Of a DNA stretch of 64,000 nt, positions 54,480 to 64,000 are shown in pieces. The number at the start of each line of letters is the position of its first letter. Positions within the stretch are counted from its first letter, which is position 1. The stretch is taken from assembly GCF_006345805.1 (NCBI RefSeq), contig NW_021833877.1:1743-65742 (forward strand), written 5' to 3'. The position numbers and the translations under genes were made by a program. The DNA comes from Octopus sinensis (taxonomy: Eukaryota). The notes beneath the pieces were generated by a model. That model saw only the letters and a list, made by a program, of their open reading frames with translations, had not been told where the DNA came from and searched no databases.

Positions 54480-55290
54480 ACTCACCAATAACAATGGAAA
54501 ACGTTGTTGCTTTGAGACGCCTCATTCTTCTATTTTTGCAGGTTCTTATATTTGTCCAATTTCTCAAACGTTAACACCCTTCAAAAAACAATCTTTTTTT
54601 TCAACGTGATTTTTCACAATATTTGGTGGGTAAGCCTGTATTTTCCGATCAGTCTGAACACCGAAATTCCAAAGAATGGTAACTAAAGAATTCTTCACAG
54701 CCTGTGGCGGTTTATGTTCCCACCAATTCTCCAAGTGAAAGCGGTCGTACATGTTGCATATTGACCAATGTACTGAGCTGCTCCGTCATGAATTTGCATG
54801 TACTCCATTGGTGCCAGTTGGTCGCGTCTGGGGATGATGTGATTGATTGTCTGTGATGTTCTTCGCATGGGCAACACAATGGGCTGATTTCATGTTTCAG
54901 AAGATTGCGCTGGTAATTCTCAGTTGGAAGTTCTTGACTTTGAGTAGCAATAACAGACCCTTCAGTTTCTGACTTGCGACCAGAGTTTGTTAACTTTTCC
55001 AGGATGCATACTCGAACACTACAAGATGTACGCATGTCTGAATCAGGAAGCGGGGTCAGAAATAACTGGACTGAAGATTCAGACCACCTTCCTGGACACA
55101 AACGTTAGCTGTGCTGGACGTGATAAGCACCAATTGTCGTACTTTCTGACTATTTGTTGTCTATGTCCCAACGGGACTAGGGTGACAGAATGTTTTCTAG
55201 AAGCTTTCTTAAGAAATTCCTACTCTTCACTTCCTGTGAGAGATTTGAATGTCATTTAGACTGGAATTGTATAGGGCTTGCTGACAAAAG
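54480..55290 (-). mobile_element. R4/Dong-type RLE-LINE remnant
   Basis: KSETEGSVIATQSQELPTENYQ...LCCPCEE / SQTINHII...EYMQIHD / WWEHKPPQAVKNSLVTILWNFGVQTDRKIQAYPPNIV, a frameshifted CCHC + RLE region. Confidence 0.8.
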
Positions 55291-55299
55291 ATAATGTAA

Positions 55300-56470
55300 A
55301 AGCCTCGCATACCTATTAAGAAGGCTCTTTCTGACAGGTACCGACTAGATTTTCTTAATGTGCAAGTATGGACATGGTCCAACCGCATTTATTTATGTGC
55401 GTTCTTTATGAGGCTAGCAGACAGGAATAGTGCAGGTGTCCACAATTCTAAATAGCCGACCACACAGACCACAAATCTAAGATCTGCACGGTTGACTTAG
55501 AACTCATAGACTGAAGCTGAATGGTTACTGGAAGCGGAACGAATCAATCCCAACATGCAAAGCTTCGGAGAGTTCATTAGTGAATTAGGTAGGTGGCGAT
55601 CGATAGGTGAAACTGCCAACAAGTGATGGTGGATTACCTTAAACGTGGGATTAGAGTTGTCTTAATAATGTTTAGTAAAGAAGTAGAGACAGAGAAAAAT
55701 AGAAAGCGATTTAGTCTGAATCTTGGAAGAGATGACAAGTAAAGATATCAAAAACGACGCGCTAGCAGCGAAAATGGGCCTCTGCCATCTCTTCTACATG
55801 GTGCATGTAGGGTGCATATTTAGAGTTAAGTTGCATGCTGCAAGGTTCAAAGGAATGAAAGTCGTTCAATGTGCCCGTGTGGCAGAGGTCGAAGGTGACA
55901 GCAACGCCATAATTCAGTTTTGATGGGGAAGAACGAGCGCTTACTATTCGATTTGAAACAACTGTACAGAGTTTTTCAATGGCACTCTGCTCGAAGTGAA
56001 TGGCAGATCAGAAACAGCGGTGAATTTAAATGCCTACCTCGAAAATCTGTGGCTGGGGGTGCGAATTGTTGCAGAAGGTTGATAACAACAGCTGAAATAC
56101 GGGAAACGATAAGTGGCCGTCAAAGATGCAGATTATCTGGTCTAGATAATGTCCTTTGGTACTTTATGCGTACATATTAGAACTGTTCGGCGATATGTTG
56201 ATAGCAGGTGGCAGCAATTGGCAGCAGGACAGAATTCTCATTCTGTGAATAGAGGAGTGTTGACCCTGCTATAAAAGAAAGTGAACAAGGAGGATTTTGT
56301 TGACAATTTGAATGTAGAGTTTTAAGATTTTGGCTAAAGTGTTAGCAAAGAGATTGTCGTTGGTGCTTTGCTCATAAAAACGGATAACCTGCCCGTAATG
56401 GTGACGAACACCATAGATATCGGAAAAGTGGGCAGCATCTAAAGGAATAGGATGCAGTAACAGGACTTAA
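55300..56470 (+). mobile_element. L1/Tx1-type LINE remnant (APE C-terminus to RT N-terminus)
   Basis: WTWSNR...DHTDHK...GYWKRN (APE end) and NVEFKILAKVLAKRLS (RT domain 1-2); many stops. Confidence 0.7.
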
Positions 56471-57249
56471 AATTAACCACAAGTCAGTGGGCTTTCAGCT
56501 TAACACCTAGAGGGGAAAATATACGCAATCCAATAACGTCCTGGGATGCTCGACAAGCGGCCATGTTAAATTTCTTTGGATTCGATTCGGGCCAAATCTT
56601 CAGTTGGATAGAAAATGGGAAGAGTTCATGAGCTGATAGCCAATCATACCCAAAAATGGACAAAGAGGAAGCTATCTTCTTCTGGCCAGGCAGAAGTAGC
56701 AATTGTGTATACTGCCTTGTATGACCGTCATGTCCTACTCCAAATTTCATCTGACCGAACTGGAGCGGCTACTCTTTCGCTTCGTGTGGAGAGGATGCGT
56801 TCTACGAATATAACAGTTCATCTTCTATAAGCTCCCTCTGCAAGAAGGACTGAGTCAGCAGTGGCTGATGATGAGAAGCTGTGTCCTAAGGCTGCAACTG
56901 CTACAAATATCCCTAGATTGTGAACAGGTGTGGTCGCCCTTTCTCAAGTACGATTCTCTCAGCTCGTCTCTTTGGCAGTGTCGCAATCTTGGGCCAAGTG
57001 AAGATCAAAACCGGGCGACTGGCATCTGAAATTTTGTTAATTCTCCCAGCCTTCTATGAGTTGGGCAGTGCCAAAGGTGGAACGTCTAGAGGACTAGTGG
57101 TAGAGAAGAGCCTATAAATAGGCGTTCGATGGGTCCAGATGACAGAAATGCAACGTGGCAGAAAAACAGAACAGTATATAAAGAGAATCTGTTCAATAAA
57201 CCTCAGCTATGAATGCGATAACAGTAGCTAAGCTAAACTAGGATTTCTG

Positions 57250-58545
57250 ATATATATGCTTTGACGCCCGTTTTTGATAACTTTCAAATCTACATATCTT
57301 TGAGCTGTTGGGACTGCGGAGAGACGTTGTGAATCTTAAATGTCAGTGGGTACTGGAACACTATTATGGGTGCACGTTTGGACTGTGTAGGGCTAGCGCA
57401 TAGAAAAGTGGATGCAAAAACCTTGCAAACCTGCACAGACGTTTGCAAATGTCTGACATGTAGCTACTGGATTTTCCGACATGGGCAAACAGCATCGGAT
57501 CAGGCAGATTGAATCTAGAAAGAGTATTCTGTACGCCAGCGGATAGGGGCAGTATAGGTTGCCCACAATTTAAAGTGGTCGGCTACAGTGATTACAAATT
57601 TGTGATTTGTACGATCCGACTAAATAGATTTCATAGGAATGGACCCGATTACTAGAAACTGAACGTCTCTTACCCAGCAAGTCAAGAGACCGAATTAACG
57701 AATTAGTTAAGCGGAAGTTGACGGGGACAATAATCAAAAACCAGTTGTGGTCAGTCCTGAAAAGGATGATTGCAGTACCCTCGATAAGATACGGTAAGGA
57801 AATAATGATTGTATATTTTACGCAAATGGATTTAGGAACTTGAAATGGTACTTAAGAAAAGGATAGCAACTGACTAGCTGGCGGCGAGAGAAACCCTTCA
57901 CAAATTCTTCACAGCAAAGCACGAAAGTTGCGTTGTCAAAGCTAGGGTGCATGCTTCGAGGCATGAAGCAACGAAAGCTGATCGATGAGTCTAGGGGACA
58001 GAAGCGCAACATAGCAACAAAGCCACACTTCGGTCTCTGAAAGAACGGAAGGAGTACATACTATTTAAATTCCAAGTAGTTGTGTTCGGCTTTTCTGTGG
58101 AATTTCGCTCGACTGTTTCGGGTCAACCGCAGACGGGGTAAGAATTGACTGCCTTCCTCGATGACTTGATGCAGTTCACTGATATCAATGTAGAGTTCAA
58201 AAGGCCGATAACAGCCAACGAAATGCGGTCGTGATGGTTGGGTGCACATGGGGGAAAAGTCACCTAAGCTGGATGGTCTGCAAATCAAGTTTGTCTTCAT
58301 ATACCAGACGTGTTCGGGGGCTTATTGCTAAATGTCTACTACAACTGGCGGCAGATCGGAAGGATTCCCAGTGTAGTGGTGATGCTGAGAAAGGATCTCA
58401 TCAACGGGGATGATTTCTACAACTTTAGGCCCTAACTCATCCAAATGTCGATATGAAGATTTTGGTAAAGGTGTTAGTCAAGAGGTTGAGCTTGTTGCCT
58501 GATAGTCTGCTCAGTAATGCGCAGACAAGGACCATTTCATAAAAA
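57250..58545 (+). mobile_element. Second L1/Tx1-type LINE remnant covering the same ORF2 interval
   Basis: LERVFCTPADRGSIGCPQFKVVGYSDYKFV...GPDY*KLNVS, then ...NFRP...NVDMKILVKVLVKRLSL. Confidence 0.75.
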
Positions 58546-58910
58546 TCTACCCACAACAAGCTCAACTTCTTGCGACACATCGTAGAACGAGTGGATGGAA
58601 GCTTCCGATGAGGCTTGATCTTCAGTTTTTGGCGGTTCTCCTCGCGGCTGCTGAGCTAAATCGTTGCAACGTTCAGCAGTATTTCGTCTGTCTAAGTTAT
58701 ATTCTAAGTTCAAATTCCGCTGTGGTCGACTTACAGTCTTTTGATAAAATAAGTACCAGTTGAACACTAGGGTCAATGTAATCGACTTATGTGCCAAAAT
58801 TCGAAATCATTATGATCTTTATTGTTGTTGTTGTTATAATGATAATAAAATAATAATAATAATAATAATAATTATCATTATTATTATTGTTATTATTATT
58901 GTTATTATTA

Positions 58911-58969
<59 letters not shown>

Positions 58970-58996
58970 ATTTTGCCTATAGTAGAAGAGATAATT

Positions 58997-59275
58997 AAGG
59001 CGGCGAGCTTACAGAAACGTTAGCACGCCGGGCGAAATGCTTAGCGGTATTTCGTCATCAGTTACGTTCGGACTTTGCCTTTCATCCTTTCGGGGTCGAT
59101 AAATTAAGTACCAGTTACGCACTGGGGTCTATGTAATCGACTTAATCCGTTTGTCTGTCCTTGTTTGTCCCCTCTGTGTTTAGCCCCTTGTGGGTAGTAA
59201 AGAAATAGGTATTTCTTCTGCTGTTACGTTCTGAGTTCAAATTCCGCCGAGGTCGACTTTGCCTTTCATCCTATC
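58997..59275 (+). mobile_element. SINE family A, internally duplicated form running into (TAG)n
   Basis: Head aaggcggcgagc, core, gtgggtagtaaagaaataggtatttc junction, second core. Confidence 0.9.
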
Positions 59276-59295
59276 GTTAGTAGTAGTAGTAGTAC

Positions 59296-59337
<42 letters not shown>

Positions 59338-60585
59338 AGTAGTAGTAGTAGTAGTAGTGGTATGATCGGGGCGATTGTATTACTGTTTACAGATTGGTAG
59401 ATAGAGGGGTGAGTGGATTTGGTATAGCCTTATAATACCCTTTGTCCTCAGCAAGAAAACTCACCACGCCCTTCCAACTACGTAAATAACCACCAATCTA
59501 TGTATCTACACATTTTCTCATTATGCCACACGATATCTCTCAGCAGCCCTGATAGACAGATACTCCTACATTTATTATTATGAAAGAAAAACGTCTATAT
59601 GTTTCTCGTTGGAACCTAACTTTGCCCAAAGGCATTTCGTACGAATGCCGTACTTAGCTATCCACCTCAATTATTATCAACGCGTAGTTCATAGCTTCTT
59701 TTTATTTTAAGTACGTTTTCTAACGACCAATATTTGTTTCCCCCTAAGTTCTATATACATCGTATAAATATCGATTATTCGCGTTTTCCCCCCTCTTAAA
59801 ATTTTTTTCATTTGCCTTAAAGCAAAAACAATTTCGTTGACTGTTAACTTGTCGATCGCCGAATTAGTCGCGCTTCTATGTTTCAGCAAAATAATAAAAT
59901 ATCAAACTAAAATGGTTAGGAGCGCTTGAAATAACCGAGATTAATAATAAAAGTGCCAAAACTAAAATGTTCTACTACTGTATTTAATTCCATCCCTTCA
60001 GGTTCCGAGTTTCGATTCCGAACCGCCTTCTCCCAATGGTCAACTTCAAAATTTATCCCTCCAGCTACGCTATAAAGTCCCACATAGTCTGTTAGCGAAA
60101 TATGCAAATCTATTAGGCTCAACGAATTTATTTGAAAATCTCTTCATGAGGAAAAACAAAATTGATATTGTGCCCCATGGAAATAGCGAAACCTTTATTC
60201 CACCCTCCACCACCACCAACAGATCAAGATCTGTAGCGCTTAGTCCCGATTTCCTTAAAGTTAAACAAAGGAACAATCGATACCATATATACACGCATAT
60301 ATGCGTGTGTGTGTGTTTGTGTGTAAGCATGCAAGTATGTATATATATTTATGTATGTGTGTGTGCGTGTGTGTGTGTGGTGTGTGTGTGTGTGTGTGTG
60401 TGGTGTGTGTGTGTGTGTGTTTGAATGTATAAATGCATATCAATGGTTGCTTTCATATCGAATTCTAATAAAGACAATTCGACGTTGCGACGAAAGCTAG
60501 CAAGATGTAACTTCGAAGTCACTGTCACCACTTTTATAATTAGTAATGTACGTACGTACATATGTAATGTACGTACGCATGTATC

Positions 60586-60616
<31 letters not shown>

Positions 60617-61215
60617 GTGTGTGTGTGTGTGTTTATATGTACACACACATGCGCATCTTTGTGTATGTGTTTGTGTGTGTATGTGTGTGTGTGCACGCAC
60701 GCGTGTATGTGTTCTCTGGATATTGTTCTGGAACATCGCAGATAGCATTCTATTGCGGGGCGACTTAAACACCGCACACATAGGAACCACTCTTCAGCTT
60801 TTCAGTTCTCCCGCCACTTGTCGTGACCATGAACGAACTTTTGAGTAATACGGATGAAAAGTTTGGCGAAATAATGTGATGTCAACAGATGAAAAGAAAA
60901 AAGACGATATTGTGTTACCTTACATAGGTTGTTTAATAACACTATAATATTTCGGGAAAGATTCCTCTTTTCAAATAGAAGAAATTTCGGAAAGATGTAC
61001 TCCTACCGGAAAACCAATCCATTTCGAATTCAGTAAAAGATGGGCACATTTTTCTACATCTTCAAGGTGAAGATACGGAAAAATATCAGCGGAAATGGAT
61101 GTCTTGGATATGAGTGGATCTCATCATCTGGTCCATAATCTGTAAGCTTTCTCTCTCTCTCTCCTCTCTCTCTTTCTCTCTCTCTCTCTCTATATATATT
61201 ATATATATAATATAT

Positions 61216-61251
<36 letters not shown>

Positions 61252-61482
61252 CAGTGTGTGTGTGTTGTGTGTATATATATCACGTGATCACGTGACCGAC
61301 CAGACCATCAGATGTTGTTACACATCGCTGGTCACAATGCGTTCGTATTGTTTTAGCCTTCGAATGACGCCACCCCGCTGGCTAAGCGAGCAGGCCATAT
61401 ATATATATATATATATATATGTATGCATATATGTATGCATATATCTATGTGTGTGTATGTATATGTATACAAATATATATAC

Positions 61483-61540
<58 letters not shown>

Positions 61541-62160
61541 CTGTGTCACTTCCTCTGTCTCTCTATTCATCTATCGATCTAGGTATCTCTATTTATCCAT
61601 CTTTCTGTCTGTCCGTCTCTCTCTCTCTCTCTCTCAATCTCCCCCCTCACTCTCTCTCCTACATCAATACTTCTCAGCCAATGTCACCATTGTAGCGAAC
61701 ATACGCTACAAATGCCACTGGCATATTTCATTTTGCATCAACAACAAACGGAAATTTCAATCGAAATCTTTGGCTGTGAACGACAAACTGGATCGTGCCA
61801 TGTTAGCTAATTAATATACCTAACAACTGATTGAATAAATAATCAGTTCTTCCTTAGTTAAGCTAATTACTTAATGATGTTGCTTAGTTTACTTAATTTA
61901 AACATCAGCGAAACAAAGGTTACACATTGCTGGATTTAAGCACCAACCAGCAGACTGGAGATGTGACTCTCGCTTTATATACGATGTTACCAATAACCAT
62001 CGACTCTTCCAGAAGGATGTCGAGTAGGACTGAAACCTGGAGGGCTAAATGACTTCCAATATGGACGAACATTTATATATACACATATACATATATACAT
62101 ACATGCATAAATATATATAATATACATATGTATCTATATATATATATATACATACATATG

Positions 62161-62194
<34 letters not shown>

Positions 62195-62227
62195 ATATAT
62201 ATATGTATCTATATATATATACATACG

Positions 62228-62269
<42 letters not shown>

Positions 62270-62388
62270 GTATATATATATATATATAATATATAAAATA
62301 TTATTAGAGACAAAACCACTATTTTGCAAAACAAACAAGGAAGACTTAATCAATACATAAAATTTTAATAAATAGTCAAAAAACCCCG

Positions 62389-62431
62389 CCACTACAATTG
62401 TTTCTTGTCTTGATCGACAATCTTCAGGTGG
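62389..62431 (-). ncRNA. Identical minimal hammerhead ribozyme on the minus strand
   Basis: ccactacaattgtttcttgtcttgatcgacaatcttcaggtgg is the exact reverse complement of 62463-62505. Confidence 0.85.
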
Positions 62432-62462
62432 ACTTCCAATTTGAAACTGACTTATTGGAAGT

Positions 62463-62505
62463 CCACCTGAAGATTGTCGATCAAGACAAGAAACAATTGT
62501 AGTGG
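62463..62505 (+). ncRNA. Minimal type I hammerhead ribozyme, 43 nt, intact core
   Basis: CCAC-CUGAAGA-UUGUC(GAUCAA)GACAA-GAAA-C(AAUU)G-UA-GUGG: stem I 4 bp, stem II 5 bp, stem III 2 bp with a palindrome (ACAAUUGU), GUA cleavage triplet (cut after 62501). Confidence 0.85.
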
Positions 62506-62700
62506 CGGTTTTTTTGACTATTTATTAAAATTTTATGTATTGATTAAGTCTTTCCTTGTTTGTTTTGCAAAATAGTGGTTTTGTCTCTAATAATATTTTA
62601 TAATATTTTACTATAAAATTGGATTTAATCCTAAATCTGATTTTTTCCCTGTAAATTGGTTTATTCCCTAATTTTATTATTATATATATATATATATATG

Positions 62701-62781
<81 letters not shown>

Positions 62782-63224
62782 CTATATATATTATATATAT
62801 ATTATATATATATATATATGCATGCATGCATATTCTTTTAATCTTTTACTTGTTTCAGTTAGTCATATGACTGTGGCCATGATAGAGCGCTGCCTTCAAG
62901 GATTTCTTAGTCGAACAAATCGACACCAGGACTTATTTTTTTAAACCTAGTACTTCTATCGTTCTTTTTTGCCGAAAGTTATAGGGAAATAAGTACACCA
63001 GCACCGGTTGTCGAACGGTGAAGGGGGGACAAACACAGACACAAATACACGCCCACACGGACAAACAGACACGCGCACACACACACACATACACACACAC
63101 GCACAGAGTTTGTCTACCAAATCCACTCACAAGGCTATAGTCGGCCCGAAGCTATAGTACGAGATACTGGAACCGTGTGGTTGGGAAGCAAGCTTCTTAC
63201 CACACAGCCATGTCTGCGCTTGTC

Positions 63225-63560
63225 AATCGTCTTGCCTTCTGATCCTTGATAAACCTGTCAGGTTCGTGTGTATTGTCTTTTGTAACGCACGATGTTCAAT
63301 AACACTTTATCTCTCCATGCACAATGTTAAGCAATGAGAGAACGTTGTCGTTGGTGTTGAAATTGTCATTACTCTTATACAAATCAATGCTCCAACGCTC
63401 TTCATTTTTATATCTTCTATTGTGAAAGTCTAAATGTTTAAACTTGGAATTCTGTACGTGGGTTCGACCTAATATTTTTATAACTTTAAAATTTGGGGTA
63501 AGTGTGTAGTTTAAGCTATTCTGCCATCACTTTGTTGAATATCTCTTCATGTTACTTCTG
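63225..63560 (-). mobile_element. Possible decayed PLE GIY-YIG remnant
   Basis: Minus-strand ...ILGRTH...DFHNRRYKNEERWS weakly resembles YIG...FxNxRYKNxTxLS of PLE endonucleases. Confidence 0.35.
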
Positions 63561-63829
63561 AAGCGGCCATATTGCAATGCATCGAATACCGCCGGTGGTT
63601 ATTTGTTAAAACTGTGTATACAATATAAAATGCTCCAAGACAAAAACGTTTATTCTACCCCGGTTAATGCGAGTAGATCGCCAAACAATACGGAGGAATT
63701 CCGTTCGGAAAGCTGAACCAAACAGGAAAAAAAAAAAAAAAAACAATTCTGTGTCAGGTGATCCTTTGGGAGAAAAAAAAATACGTTCTCACACGGAATT
63801 CTGTGAAACGTGACCATTCACAACGAATA

Positions 63830-63930
63830 AGAGCAGCAACATCAACATCATCATCATCTTCATCATCATCATCATCACCATCATCATCACCATCACCATC
63901 ATCATCATCATCATCATCATCTTCATCATC

Positions 63931-63962
<32 letters not shown>

Positions 63963-64000
63963 TATTATCACCATTACCTCGTCATCATCATCTTCATCAT
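63830..64000. repeat. (CAT)n array
   Basis: Directly visible. Confidence 0.97.

Larger units (their letters stand above)
62292..62602. repeat. Fold-back element, about 149 bp arms, 13 nt spacer (62441-62453), between (TA)n tracts
   Basis: tataaaatattattagagacaaaaccac...ttccaat / attggaa...gtggttttgtctctaataatattttata; I see only about 2-3 differences between the arms. Confidence 0.95.

Overview
AT-rich, microsatellite-saturated animal DNA. The SINE families and repeat landscape point to a coleoid cephalopod, most likely Octopus (recognised from memory, not from a search). The only host gene I can support is a + strand PRD-class Q50 homeobox gene of the Prop/PROP1 (Drosophila CG32532-like) family. 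Three coding exons are visible (14164-14447, 39229-39525, 43066-43167). The homeobox is split by a 24.8 kb intron, and the first coding exon was not found. The rest is simple repeats, several tRNA-derived SINE families, decayed non-LTR retroelements (Penelope-like, R4/Dong-type with restriction-like endonuclease, L1/Tx1-type) and a mariner-type MITE. Almost all ORFs in the supplied track are microsatellite artefacts. The most striking unannotated signal is a set of (TA)n-associated fold-back elements. Two of them carry back-to-back, divergently oriented minimal type I hammerhead ribozyme motifs (62292-62602 and 40912-41378), the latter inside the last intron of the Prop-like gene. A SINE insertion has also duplicated the homeobox exon's splice donor, and a P3 homeodomain palindrome sits in the gene's own intron. 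Coordinates of decayed repeats are approximate.
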